Virus record (IMG/VR): IMGVR_UViG_3300047323_000304
Coordinates: 96,001 to 160,000 of that record
DNA: 64,000 nucleotides
From: a virus
Strand: one strand, 5' to 3'
Part shown: piece by piece, positions 22,164-32,752 of the stretch
Layout: every line of letters begins with the position of its first letter
How positions within the stretch are numbered: the stretch's first letter is position 1
The notes under the pieces: model-generated
What the model was told of the DNA's origin: nothing
The model's database searches: none
What the model saw: only the letters and a program-made list of their open reading frames with translations
Program-made: the position numbers and the translations under genes

Positions 22164-23405
22164 TTAATTTCTAAATGGATCATTATCTTCAGTATCAATA
22201 TCCACCCATTTAATCCATTCTTCCTTTTCCACAATTCTAACTGGCTTAACTTTTTTAAATGTAATTGTATTATCATCTACACTTACAATGTCTTTATATT
22301 CTACTTCTAATTCTAATAATTTTCTATTTTCATTATCTTTAGAATAATATGAACTGCATTCAATACTATCATTATAGTTGCAGTATATTTGTTTATCTCC
22401 AATAGTTGCCATTATTTCTTCATTTAATTTATATTCAAATTCTTGCCTATTCCATTTATAACAACTAATTAATTTACCATCTTTTGAATCAACAAACTTA
22501 TAGAATTTTTTATCTTTAAAATATTCTTCTGCTGAAACTTCTTCATACTCCCTATCCTTTTTCTCATGCAAATCATCTAAATGTTTATATGCATTAATCT
22601 TATATTTGTTTTCATTAATTTTTATGTATTTAATAGGTTTGCCTAATATTGATTCAATTAAATCATCTACATCATCAAATTCTATCTTCTCATCTTCTGA
22701 TATCCCTTTGAAATAATCTTCTTCTAAGTATAAATCTTTTAATTTGTTTACTACTTCTACTAAATCAACTTGTCCATCTTCTTTAATCTCAACATCTTTT
22801 AATATCTTGCTGAAGTCTAATCCATACATTCCTCCCAGTTGTTCCTTTAATTCTTCTATTGTATTGATTTCTAAATTCATACAAGTTAATAAGACTCTTA
22901 TAAACTCCGATTTTGAGATGTTATAACCTTTATTTTTATACTTGTCAACTCTTAACATAGACATGATTGGATAATCTGTATTACTATTAAAATTTAATAT
23001 ACCTTGTATATTATCTAATAAGAAGTCATCATGTAAAATAAACTCCTCAGTTTTAAAATCAAACGCTCCCATGCATACAGTAAAATCAAATGTATCAAAT
23101 ATTTCTTGTGCATTTTTAAATCTTTTAAAATGAATTAATTGCACTAACTTTTCTCCCTTTTTAAATAAAGTAGCTTTCTTTGTATGTGCTAAAATCCAAT
23201 TAGAATCATAAACATCAGCTACAACATCTACTAAATCATCATCACTTCTAAAATAAACATCAATATCATTAATATCTTTATTAGTAAAAATACTATTAAT
23301 ACAACCCCCAGCAATAATAACATTACCATTTTTAAATGTCTCTACTAATCCCTTTCCTAAATAATTATATAATTTTCTTTTTTGAAATTCATAATTTGTA
23401 CTCAT
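22164..23405 (-). CDS. Nucleotidyltransferase-fold protein (poly(A) polymerase/CCA-like head)
   Basis: IIAGGCINS...INDIDVYF signature; VQLIH...FDTFDFTVCMGAF. Confidence 0.75.
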   Translation of the reverse strand: MSTNYEFQKRKLYNYLGKGLVETFKNGNVIIAGGCINSIFTNKDINDIDVYFRSDDDLVDVVADVYDSNWILAHTKKATLFKKGEKLVQLIHFKRFKNAQEIFDTFDFTVCMGAFDFKTEEFILHDDFLLDNIQGILNFNSNTDYPIMSMLRVDKYKNKGYNISKSEFIRVLLTCMNLEINTIEELKEQLGGMYGLDFSKILKDVEIKEDGQVDLVEVVNKLKDLYLEEDYFKGISEDEKIEFDDVDDLIESILGKPIKYIKINENKYKINAYKHLDDLHEKKDREYEEVSAEEYFKDKKFYKFVDSKDGKLISCYKWNRQEFEYKLNEEIMATIGDKQIYCNYNDSIECSSYYSKDNENRKLLELEVEYKDIVSVDDNTITFKKVKPVRIVEKEEWIKWVDIDTEDNDPFRN

Positions 23406-23593
23406 TATTTATTACCTCCAAACTTTTTAATAAACTCTTCAAATGTGTATCCTATTTTAGTTTCAACTTCACCTATGTAAAAACTTGATGGGTCTTTCCA
23501 TTGAATATCATCTAATACTTTTTCTACTGTTTCATATTCTCTTAATACCTCGCCATCATATCCACAAACCAATGCAAATTTCATATCTTTCAT
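23405..23593 (-). CDS. hypothetical protein
   Basis: ORF coupled to the downstream gene. Confidence 0.55.
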   Translation of the reverse strand: MKDMKFALVCGYDGEVLREYETVEKVLDDIQWKDPSSFYIGEVETKIGYTFEEFIKKFGGNK

Positions 23594-23664
23594 TCAATTA
23601 AAATCTCCTTTACTTTTAATTTTATTTTATTTAATTCCATGTAAATTGACAATCTTATGGTCTT

Positions 23665-24021
23665 TTAACTCATATCTATTTCAGAATATCCTTCATCTTC
23701 AACAAACCATTTACCATATTTAAAGCCAATTATATTTAGATCAATTTTCCCGTCCTCTATATTTTTATTAAATTTATCTTCAGAAACTCCACATTGTAGA
23801 AATACATTCTTAACTTCATCATCAATTACGATATATACATAATTACAATATTCATCAATATCAATATCCTCAGATTTTATTTTAGGTATCAATGTATTTA
23901 TCAATTTCAATTTTTCATCCACACAATTGTCACATATGTCATCTTGAATTGTGAAATCATAGTAATAATATTCGTGTCCACATTCCCCACACACTTTCTT
24001 TTTTAATTCCGATGTATTCAT
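23665..24021 (-). CDS. hypothetical Zn-finger protein
   Basis: CGEC...CDNC. Confidence 0.6.
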   Translation of the reverse strand: MNTSELKKKVCGECGHEYYYYDFTIQDDICDNCVDEKLKLINTLIPKIKSEDIDIDEYCNYVYIVIDDEVKNVFLQCGVSEDKFNKNIEDGKIDLNIIGFKYGKWFVEDEGYSEIDMS

Positions 24022-24415
24022 TTTTCTTCTTCCTCCTTAATATCTAATATAGCCTATTTTACCAGTTTGAATGTTTTTAACTTTATAATCATTACAATCT
24101 TTTCCTATGTATTCATATTTATTACTATCATATCCTTGTACTTGCAAGAATGATTTAAATTGTTCTGACATTATTGATTTCTTCATAATTTATTGCTCCT
24201 TTAATATTATTAATTTATTATTTATCTAAACAATGTAGTATTATATCGTTTCCCAATAAAGCGTACCCTACTAAATATCTTTTCTCATTAATAAATATAA
24301 TTTGATTATTGTTGAGTTTTAATGATTTCTCTTTATTTTTAAAAATTCTAAACATATTTATCATCTCCTATTCGACTAAAATCTTCATTTTACTTGTTTA
24401 TAATTTATTATTATA

Positions 24416-24607
24416 TTAGCCATCATTAGAGTTTTTAGTTAAGATCTGCTCTATATTTAAATCAACTTTCTTAGCTATAATCCAAGTACCATATTCCTTA
24501 CTTGCTAATTTTATTGCTCTTTCTTCCGTTTCAGCTACTATAGTTTGTTCAATATATTCATCATAACCATAGTCATCTTCTCTTTCTAAGACATACACAT
24601 TTAACAT
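24416..24607 (-). CDS. hypothetical protein
   Basis: ORF on dominant strand. Confidence 0.55.
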   Translation of the reverse strand: MLNVYVLEREDDYGYDEYIEQTIVAETEERAIKLASKEYGTWIIAKKVDLNIEQILTKNSNDG

Positions 24608-25092
24608 TATTTCACCTCATTCAAAATATATTTTAAAACTTTAATATTCTTTAAATCAATTTTACCAGTAACCCCTTGATAATCATCATCGTCAAAAGTA
24701 AATTCAAATTCCATTAATTTATCTACCTCAAACAACATTTCCCAATCTTCTTCTTGATTAATCCCTTCAATATCATCTGAAAAATATCCATCGTTTAATA
24801 TAACATGCCAAGCATCAAATTTAGATAATAATACTTTATCTTCTGGTAATTCAACTTCTAATAATACATAATCATCGTCTAGTGTACTTTCAATATGAAC
24901 GTGGTCTAATGATAACCATAACCATATAGGATACTCATTATTATAATCTTCTAATCTTTTATACATTTGATTCATCATCCATTTATAATATCTTTGAAAT
25001 TCTGATATAGCATATTGTTCATTTCCTACTAGATAATCTTTTTCTTTTGCTTCATTCCATGCCTGTAATGTTTGTAATGTATAATACTTCAT
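24607..25092 (-). CDS. DUF3841-like protein
   Basis: Y.WMM.QM...YPIWLW...VLLEVELP...VLLSKFDAWH.ILN pattern. Confidence 0.65.
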   Translation of the reverse strand: MKYYTLQTLQAWNEAKEKDYLVGNEQYAISEFQRYYKWMMNQMYKRLEDYNNEYPIWLWLSLDHVHIESTLDDDYVLLEVELPEDKVLLSKFDAWHVILNDGYFSDDIEGINQEEDWEMLFEVDKLMEFEFTFDDDDYQGVTGKIDLKNIKVLKYILNEVK

Positions 25093-25116
25093 AATATTAA
25101 TCCTTTCATTATTGTT

Positions 25117-25368
25117 TTAACTATTTTTAGATTTTCTCAAATATTCATCTATACTTCTTTGAAAATGCTCAAGATCAACAAAGTCTGCATTTGTTATATT
25201 TCCCATAACATCCTCAAATTCTGTGTCAGTTACATCTATATTTCTTTCAATAAACCACTCTAATATACTATCTTCTATTCTTCTTTGTTGTTTTTGTAAA
25301 TCTCTTATCTTTAATGTCTTTACATATAAATGTTTAGGTATTTTTATTTCATAAGGCATTTTATTCAT
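25117..25368 (-). CDS. hypothetical protein
   Basis: ORF on dominant strand. Confidence 0.6.
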   Translation of the reverse strand: MNKMPYEIKIPKHLYVKTLKIRDLQKQQRRIEDSILEWFIERNIDVTDTEFEDVMGNITNADFVDLEHFQRSIDEYLRKSKNS

Positions 25369-25591
25369 TAAATATCTTCTCCTTTCATTATAAAATTATT
25401 GATTTAACTATTTGTCTCTTATTACTTTTCTATTCTCTCCCCAAACTTCATGGCACTTAGAACATTGATATTCTCCACCTTCATCATCATATCCAAACCA
25501 TTCTACTTTTCCTTCGCAATAAGGACATACATAATAACTATCTTTAAATATTTTTAATTCTCTATGCTTAGACATATTCTTTCACCTCATA

Positions 25592-25813
25592 TTAATAATC
25601 TTCGTCAAATATTATAGTTGCACGTATTTGTTTATTATCTTCAAAATAGCCAACTTTTTCTGTTTTTCTACCACCAATAAATTCTTTTATTTCTAAAGTT
25701 ATTAAATTCCTATCAAATGTATTAGTATTCTCCTCAAGAATATAACTTAATATTTTTACTTTGCTTGATTCATCTATTATTTTCTTTACCATTTCTATTC
25801 GCCTCACTTCCAC
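25592..25813 (-). CDS. hypothetical protein
   Basis: ORF on dominant strand. Confidence 0.5.
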   Translation of the reverse strand: MEVRRIEMVKKIIDESSKVKILSYILEENTNTFDRNLITLEIKEFIGGRKTEKVGYFEDNKQIRATIIFDEDY

Positions 25814-25831
25814 TAAAAGATAGATTTTAGA

Positions 25832-26329
25832 CTAAATTTCTCGCTTTACTTTTGTATATTCTGCAATTTCATCTTCTATTTCTTCTTTGTTTGCTATTTC
25901 AAATCTAGAACATATTTCATCTATTTTTAGATAAATTGGTTCAACAGATTCATATTTATACTTATAAAATGGAATTGTAGTAGTTTCTGTTCTTAATTGT
26001 GATGACTCTATACACACATCTCTATTTGATAATTTCAACATTTTAGAATAATATACTCTTATTTTAATATTATTCTTCCTATCATCTCTAGTGTTTTCTA
26101 CTCCTATTCTATATTCTTTTATGGACTTACTTGGTAAAACATCATATTGTATATTCCTTCCTAATTCTTCACATAAATATTGCAATGCTTCTAATTCATT
26201 ATTTGAATAATTATCAGATATATTTTTAATGAAATTGTAATAAGAAGGCAATTCTTTTAATGCATCGCTATATCTTTCTTCTCTAGAAATTATTTCTGTT
26301 AAAATTGTTTCTATCTCTAAATTTTTCAT
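25832..26329 (-). CDS. hypothetical protein
   Basis: ORF on dominant strand. Confidence 0.6.
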   Translation of the reverse strand: MKNLEIETILTEIISREERYSDALKELPSYYNFIKNISDNYSNNELEALQYLCEELGRNIQYDVLPSKSIKEYRIGVENTRDDRKNNIKIRVYYSKMLKLSNRDVCIESSQLRTETTTIPFYKYKYESVEPIYLKIDEICSRFEIANKEEIEDEIAEYTKVKREI

Positions 26330-26376
26330 AATTTTATTCCTCCTAAATTTTGTTAAAATATAGTTTTTACTTGCTT

Positions 26377-26634
26377 TTACAATTTTTCTAAAATATCCAT
26401 GAATTGTTCATCTGTTAAATCCCAAATGTTAGTATCTTCGCAAAGTATTTTATTACTGAAATCTTCTTTAAGTTGCAATATAACAGATTCCTCATCTCCC
26501 ATATAATCTTCACCTAATATTTTCTCCATGACCTCGGTATCTGTAGTAACAAATTCAAAGTATTTTCCTTGTGGATAGGTATTTAATTCAAATCCTTTTG
26601 ACAGTAATAATTCTTTTGATAACATCATAAACAC
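26377..26634 (-). CDS. hypothetical protein
   Basis: ORF downstream of a sigma-A promoter. Confidence 0.6.
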   Translation of the reverse strand: MFMMLSKELLLSKGFELNTYPQGKYFEFVTTDTEVMEKILGEDYMGDEESVILQLKEDFSNKILCEDTNIWDLTDEQFMDILEKL

Positions 26635-26795
26635 TCCATTTCATTATTTTAATTATATCCTAACTATGTGTATCTGTCATTCCTTTATCTGTTAATATAA
26701 TTATAAATCTTACCATTTAATAAGTCAAACATTATTTTTAATTTATTTAATTATTTTAAAGTTTATCAAGATTTAATCTTTAGTATTTAAATTAT

Positions 26796-27104
26796 TTAAC
26801 TATTATAATCTCTATCCCATGTACTTGTTTCATCCGTAAGTACAAAACATTTCTTCATTCCTATAAGAACATCAAAATATTTGAATTCTAGATTTTCTAT
26901 TTTAAATATTTTTTCTTTCTCTTTAAAAAAATTATCTATGTCATTGAATAAAACTTCATCCTCGATCTTTTCTATTATTCTTTCAAAATTTTCAACATCA
27001 TTTATAGTATACATTAAAAATCTGTAGTTTTCTTTAGTAATAAAGTTAACGCAGTCTACGCCTCTCATTGGAAATACTGGAGTATGTGTGATTTTATTTT
27101 CCAT
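26796..27104 (-). CDS. hypothetical protein
   Basis: ORF on dominant strand. Confidence 0.6.
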   Translation of the reverse strand: MENKITHTPVFPMRGVDCVNFITKENYRFLMYTINDVENFERIIEKIEDEVLFNDIDNFFKEKEKIFKIENLEFKYFDVLIGMKKCFVLTDETSTWDRDYNS

Positions 27105-27120
27105 AATTAATTCTCCTTAA

Positions 27121-27396
27121 TTATTCTTCTACTACAATTTCAATTGTTTTATTTTTAAAATCTAACTTTATATCAGGTACGAACTCACAAACTAATTCTC
27201 CTGAATCTTCATCTACAAATCCTTCACGCAAAGCACCAGTGAACCCAAATGTTGTAGTAATAAACCATGTTATAAAATCTTCTAACTCGTAGTCTCTTTG
27301 ATATTTCTCACTTGAATTATAGATATTTTCTAAATAATCAAATAAATTTTCCATTAATAAAAACTCCCTTGCATCTTTATACTTTAATATATGCAA
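27121..27396 (-). CDS. hypothetical protein
   Basis: ORF on dominant strand. Confidence 0.5.
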   Translation of the reverse strand: MHILKYKDAREFLLMENLFDYLENIYNSSEKYQRDYELEDFITWFITTTFGFTGALREGFVDEDSGELVCEFVPDIKLDFKNKTIEIVVEE

Positions 27397-27807
27397 AGGA
27401 GTTGTAAATATTACTATTTAATTTTATATTTTATTTAAAAGACAACAAGTTTAGAAATTTACTTTCTTATTCTTCATATTTAAAATTTTCGCAATCTCCA
27501 TCTTCTACTATCCCTTGCTCTGGAATATTCTCTTGTGTTACATCGCATATCCACTCTCCACTAAATATTGGTCTACAATTCGCACAGTCAAAACAATCGT
27601 TCTTATTTATCATAAGCTATTCCTCACTTTCTAATTCAAAATTATCTTCAGCATCTTCATTTTGGTCGTATATGAATCTACTGCAAATAGCAAAACATTT
27701 AAAATCATTATCTCTATTTTTACATCTCCCTTGACTTTCACAAATCATATGTATTCTCCTTTCAACTTCCAATTAAACATTTATTTTATTTTAAAATCCA
27801 TATTTTA

Positions 27808-28740
27808 TTAAAATGATATATTATCTGCAATATTTTTTATTACTTGATAGTGTTCATTTTCTTTTATTTTTTCTTGCAATTCCCTTTGATTTCTTTCTTT
27901 TTCTATTTTAGACATTAAATCATTAGTTTCTTCTATACACAATACTAATGTGTCTCTATGATATTTTTTAACTTCTTCTATTGTTGTACCATTTAGAATT
28001 ATCTTTTTACCACTGATTGAAGCAATACTAGGTCTGTGCATAGAAGAAAATTGTGATGGATGATTCCATTTTTTAACAAAGATTGTTTTCCATTCATTAT
28101 TAGGATAATTAGATAATTCGAATGGAATTGTATATAAAGCACATCCTTTACTACCATCCATTCTAGGTGTAGTAACTTCATTAATTAATATTTTATTTAT
28201 CTTTATGGGAATAAAACTATTTTTTTGTATATTACTACTATTTTTAAAAGCTTTAAGTTTCTCTATAGGTGGTTCTTGAACTGGTGGAATATCTTCTTTG
28301 ATATCTAATATGCAGGCACACAAATCATTAAACATATTATCATAATTTTTAGAATATATATCATCACTTAAATCAAAATAATATTTCCCCAATAAATTTG
28401 TAGGTGCTGAATTAATCCATATTCCTTTTCTTAATATAAGTATAAATTTTTTATCATTTTGATTATTGAATAACTCTGCTGATATTATATCTCCCTCATA
28501 TCCTACACCACCTATTCTATTATTAGACTTTTCTTTATATTTCGGTGTGCATATAATTAATACAAAGTCATTATCTCTAATTTCTTTTTCCATAAAAAAT
28601 GGTAGTTTATCCCCTCCGCTTAAATTCCATGCATCTAGTCTACTCTCTATTCCATAATTTCTTAAATCAGTAGCGAGTTTTTTAACCCATGTTTTATGAT
28701 CTTCATCTTCCCAACTATACGATATAAATACTTTTTTCAT
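27808..28740 (-). CDS. TIR/SEFIR-domain protein with an unknown C-terminal domain
   Basis: KVFISYSW...WVKKLATDL...RLDAW...FVLIICTPKY...GVGYE. Confidence 0.85.
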   Translation of the reverse strand: MKKVFISYSWEDEDHKTWVKKLATDLRNYGIESRLDAWNLSGGDKLPFFMEKEIRDNDFVLIICTPKYKEKSNNRIGGVGYEGDIISAELFNNQNDKKFILILRKGIWINSAPTNLLGKYYFDLSDDIYSKNYDNMFNDLCACILDIKEDIPPVQEPPIEKLKAFKNSSNIQKNSFIPIKINKILINEVTTPRMDGSKGCALYTIPFELSNYPNNEWKTIFVKKWNHPSQFSSMHRPSIASISGKKIILNGTTIEEVKKYHRDTLVLCIEETNDLMSKIEKERNQRELQEKIKENEHYQVIKNIADNISF

Positions 28741-28783
28741 AGTATTTTACCTCCTTTAATTTTATTTACTTAAAATTCATCAT

Positions 28784-29176
28784 TTAAAGTCTTTTAAAAA
28801 TCTTCTTATCTTCTTCGCTAACACACTCATCACATAGAATATTCCCATCATTGTCTAAATAAAAATCACATTCATCTACACCTAATGTTTCTTCGCATTT
28901 GCCACATGTATATCTTATATAATTTAATGGATTATACCCACTAATACTTGATCCTAGAATTTCTTCCATCTCTTTTATTGTGGTTTCTGATACTTTTACC
29001 TCTGTAATATCTGCTTCCTCTAAAATTCCATAAACCTCACTATGTTTTCCTAATATTTCACCAAAATATACTTCTTGTCCCATAGCTAATTTGACTGCCT
29101 TTTCATCTGCAATAAACATTCCTTCTACATCACCTTGTCTTCTACAATCCCAATAAAATTTATATAATTTCTTCAT
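28784..29176 (-). CDS. hypothetical protein with C-terminal Zn finger
   Basis: GEILGKHSEVYG segment; CGKC...CDEC. Confidence 0.65.
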   Translation of the reverse strand: MKKLYKFYWDCRRQGDVEGMFIADEKAVKLAMGQEVYFGEILGKHSEVYGILEEADITEVKVSETTIKEMEEILGSSISGYNPLNYIRYTCGKCEETLGVDECDFYLDNDGNILCDECVSEEDKKIFKRL

Positions 29177-29233
29177 TACTTAACACTCTCTTTCTTTATT
29201 TTTAATTTATTTAATTACCATCAAACTAACTTT

Positions 29234-29620
29234 TTATCTAGACTTGTCTTCTATCGCTATAATTTCAACATTGTATTCATTACAGAACTCTTCTATTAAA
29301 GTATCCGAATATATGCAAGTATAATCAAACATATACCATTTAGATAATTCTTGATTCCTCCAATAGTCACTCAATAAAATTAAAGTTTGTCTTTCTTTAT
29401 AATTCTCAACTATAACAGTTTTAATAATTTCTTCGTCTTCATCTTTGAATGTTATTTCTGTCCCAACTGGTAAAACAGATTTTACACCTTTTTCAAGTCT
29501 ACAAATAGTTTGTTTTAATTGGTCTATCTCATGTTTAATTTCTATTCCATTTTTAATATTTTCTTTATATTCTTCTTTCTTGCGATCTAATGCCTTTTGA
29601 TATTTTTCCAAATCTGACAT
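29234..29620 (-). CDS. hypothetical protein
   Basis: ORF on dominant strand. Confidence 0.6.
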   Translation of the reverse strand: MSDLEKYQKALDRKKEEYKENIKNGIEIKHEIDQLKQTICRLEKGVKSVLPVGTEITFKDEDEEIIKTVIVENYKERQTLILLSDYWRNQELSKWYMFDYTCIYSDTLIEEFCNEYNVEIIAIEDKSR

Positions 29621-29636
29621 CTTTTATTTCTCTCCT

Positions 29637-29879
29637 TTAACAATTAATTAATACTTTTCCTGTGCATTTACAATTAATACATTGAAATTCTTTACCTACT
29701 GGTATTTCTTTTTCGTAATCAAAGAAATCTTTAGGGTAATAATCCCATATACCAGTACCTTCACATTCAAAACAAGGCACATAAGCATAACCTCTTTCAG
29801 TATCTTGTTCAGTAACTTCAACCTCTATTGGCGTTGTACTCCAAAATCCTACATATGCTATAGCTTTTATATTTATCAC
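29637..29879 (-). CDS. Small DnaJ-type Cys-rich Zn-finger protein
   Basis: CFECEGTG and CINCKCTG. Confidence 0.65.
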   Translation of the reverse strand: MINIKAIAYVGFWSTTPIEVEVTEQDTERGYAYVPCFECEGTGIWDYYPKDFFDYEKEIPVGKEFQCINCKCTGKVLINC

Positions 29880-30079
29880 CTCTTTATCTTACTTTGCATG
29901 AAACTTAACTTTCATGCAAACTTTAAAACAACTCTATGTATTTTACTTTAACAGTTCCATCATTCAATATATTAAGTCCTACCATTCTAAATGCATCATT
30001 GAAACTATTTTGACTACTAATCCATGCATTATAGCTACCAATATCATCAAATAATTTTTCTTTTTCTTCTCTAGCCATA

Positions 30080-30382
30080 CTACTCACCAACCTTAATATC
30101 AAATATTGTATTTATACTGGATACTTGCTTATATATATTAGAATACAAACTCTCACAATCTTTAAAGTCATTATTTTCAAATTTACTATCATCAGAATCA
30201 CATTCACTTTCAATATCTAAACATAGTATTTTCCCTTTATAATTTCCTAATCCATAAGGTAGCTTTTCTTTAAATCTTCGTATGTCTTCTTTTAATGCCT
30301 CAGTTATAGAGTAACACTTAACTTCTCCTACTATAATTACCTCTTTTAAATTGTCTTTTAATATTTTATTCATCTTAATCAT
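30080..30382 (-). CDS. hypothetical protein
   Basis: ORF on dominant strand. Confidence 0.55.
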   Translation of the reverse strand: MIKMNKILKDNLKEVIIVGEVKCYSITEALKEDIRRFKEKLPYGLGNYKGKILCLDIESECDSDDSKFENNDFKDCESLYSNIYKQVSSINTIFDIKVGE

Positions 30383-30474
30383 TTCTCCTTCATTCTTTTT
30401 AATTTATCTTTATTCGGTCATAACTACCATACAAAATAGTATTAATGTAGTTGCTAATGCAAACATTCCACCCA

Positions 30475-30669
30475 TTACTTTAATTCCTTTAACTTATCTA
30501 TTTCAATTTTTATTTTAGTCAATAAATCCTTGTCCATTTCTAAATATTTATTATTGTCTTCTTTATACTTATCTATTGTTTCATCTTCATTATACGCATT
30601 CCTACTTGCAGAAATTAGATTTAATCCTAAAGCTAATTCTTTTAATTCTTCTAGTGTTAAATTTTCCAT
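30475..30669 (-). CDS. hypothetical protein
   Basis: ORF on dominant strand. Confidence 0.55.
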   Translation of the reverse strand: MENLTLEELKELALGLNLISASRNAYNEDETIDKYKEDNNKYLEMDKDLLTKIKIEIDKLKELK

Positions 30670-30671
30670 TG

Positions 30672-31211
30672 CTACTCCTCCATAATTTTAAATATTGATT
30701 TTATTAAATGCTTCTGTTCAAAATAATCATATAAATCATTACTATTTTTAAATTCTAAATCACCTTTAAATCCTTTGAACTCTTTTCTATCTAATAATAA
30801 TCTGTTAATGATATCTTTTAGTTTATCTTCACGCTTAAACATATTAATCATTCTAATATACCAATGTGATTTAATAAATAATATTTTAACTTTCTTATTA
30901 ATTCTACTATAGTCAAATGAGTTAACTCCTTGTACGTCTATAACATAGAAATCAGACTCTTCTAAATCTTCTATCGTTGTATAATATCTATATCCATTAT
31001 AGTTAGTCTTTGCAACTGCGTTATCAAATTCTTTATCTGCAATATCATCAGTTACAAATTTATGACCGATTTCTCCTTCATATCTAGCTTTTCTAGTTGT
31101 TCTGCTATTAACTTGTTTCATATTAAATTGTTGACAAATTTTATTTATTATATAAGTCTTACCGCTTCCCGACTTTCCTACTATCAGCCACAATGTTTTT
31201 TTATTATTCAT
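30672..31211 (-). CDS. gmk: Guanylate kinase-like protein
   Basis: GKSGSGKT P-loop; SRTTRKARYEGE; YNGYRY. Confidence 0.85.
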   Translation of the reverse strand: MNNKKTLWLIVGKSGSGKTYIINKICQQFNMKQVNSRTTRKARYEGEIGHKFVTDDIADKEFDNAVAKTNYNGYRYYTTIEDLEESDFYVIDVQGVNSFDYSRINKKVKILFIKSHWYIRMINMFKREDKLKDIINRLLLDRKEFKGFKGDLEFKNSNDLYDYFEQKHLIKSIFKIMEE

Positions 31212-31226
31212 AATTTATATCTCCTT

Positions 31227-32180
31227 TCAATCTGTTATTTCAACTTTATATAGATATAAAGCATTGTATAATTTTTGTGGAATTTTACTCCTATAATCAT
31301 CTGCAATTTGTTTTATGTATTTTTCTTTTTCTATTTTATATACCTCAAAAGCTTGGAGTGAAGTATTAAATGATCCTAAATACTTTTGACTTTTTCCATT
31401 CTTACCTAGCATGCTAAGTTGTGATGCAAACTTATTACTAGATTTTTTAAAATAAACTCCAATTGGATATTTTCCCCTAACCTTATCTGCTTTAGTAAAC
31501 AATACATTTATTCTACTAGGTACAAACACACAAGTTTCAGGACTATATATTTTATTTCCCTTATGTAATATATCCTTATCAATTTCCATTCTTTCATCCT
31601 TAATTTTATACCAGTTTTTATGAAACCACTCTGCGAAGTTCTGAAAATTCAGCCATTCTTCACATACTTCGCAATCTATATATGTGGGATATTTACACCT
31701 ATGTTCTTCATCGTAACATCTTTTCATCATATATATCCAATATTCATAATCTTTTGTTCTATTTTTATTAACACTTGATACATATTTCCCTGTACCTAAA
31801 TATCCTATTCCATACACAGTTTTGTCATAAGGATTTGATACCGACCCATTTTTAAATTCTTTATATGCACTTTTCGCTTTGTATCCATTTTCAAATTCAA
31901 CCACTATATCTTTTGCACTGTTATATTTAATTATAGTCATTTTATTTCCATATTCATTATAATTTATTTCTCCTGTTCTATCTTGAAGCATTGAATATTG
32001 AAAATTAGGATTTTTAATTCTTCCTTTTATAAAATCTCCATAATTTCTATTATATGATGTATACCCATCTTCAAATTCTATATCAATAGATAATGAACCT
32101 CTATACTCCCTTATCCACATTTTTAATCCTTGATTATTATACTGCGTTTCCCCTGTTCTATTTTTTATTGTTGTACCCAA
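31227..32180 (-). CDS. Putative homing endonuclease (repeated N-terminal modules, AP2-like C-terminus)
   Basis: Duplicated RTGE..YN..G..M.I...IEFEDGY modules; EWLNFQNFAEW; IDKDIL...YSPETCVFVP; GSFNTSLQAF. Confidence 0.75.
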   Translation of the reverse strand: MGTTIKNRTGETQYNNQGLKMWIREYRGSLSIDIEFEDGYTSYNRNYGDFIKGRIKNPNFQYSMLQDRTGEINYNEYGNKMTIIKYNSAKDIVVEFENGYKAKSAYKEFKNGSVSNPYDKTVYGIGYLGTGKYVSSVNKNRTKDYEYWIYMMKRCYDEEHRCKYPTYIDCEVCEEWLNFQNFAEWFHKNWYKIKDERMEIDKDILHKGNKIYSPETCVFVPSRINVLFTKADKVRGKYPIGVYFKKSSNKFASQLSMLGKNGKSQKYLGSFNTSLQAFEVYKIEKEKYIKQIADDYRSKIPQKLYNALYLYKVEITD

Positions 32181-32183
32181 TAT

Positions 32184-32513
32184 CTATATTTCACCTACAA
32201 TTTCAAATAACTTATCTAAGTCATTCTTTTCTCTAGTGTTGATATAAATGTGTGCTTTACACTTCTTTCGACTACAACCTACTTTAATTATTTCATTACC
32301 TTTTCTATATATGTATAAATTGCCATAAGCTCTAAGTTCAATTTCATCTGAATTATCTATTGATATATTGCATCCGAGAATAAAGTTTCTAGTTAATTTC
32401 TTTTGGATAATTTCATCAGAATCGTTCCAATTTCCTCTTATAAACCTTTTATACTGATTCTTTGCATAGTCACTTACATTTAATAATTCTACTTGTCCAA
32501 ATTTTGTTTCCAT
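32184..32513 (-). CDS. hypothetical protein
   Basis: ORF on dominant strand. Confidence 0.6.
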   Translation of the reverse strand: METKFGQVELLNVSDYAKNQYKRFIRGNWNDSDEIIQKKLTRNFILGCNISIDNSDEIELRAYGNLYIYRKGNEIIKVGCSRKKCKAHIYINTREKNDLDKLFEIVGEI

Positions 32514-32752
32514 ATTTATTCACCATTCTTTCTCTTTAATTTATTAAACCATTGTTAAAATAATCTATTTATTTACTTCTAGTATCATTATTTATTCTTC
32601 TTCACTTTCTGATGCTTCGATTCTATAAACTAATTTAAAAAAGTTTTGAACTCCTTCGAGTTTTCCATCATCCCAAAATGTATTATATTGAGTTGGCTTT
32701 TCTTCTTTATTTGTTCTAGTATCTAAAACCATTATTTTTATATTAAACATTT

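Noticed and set aside
27999-28181. Nested 60-aa minus-strand ORF inside the TIR gene
   Set aside because: Alternative frame within a strong gene; no RBS or motif
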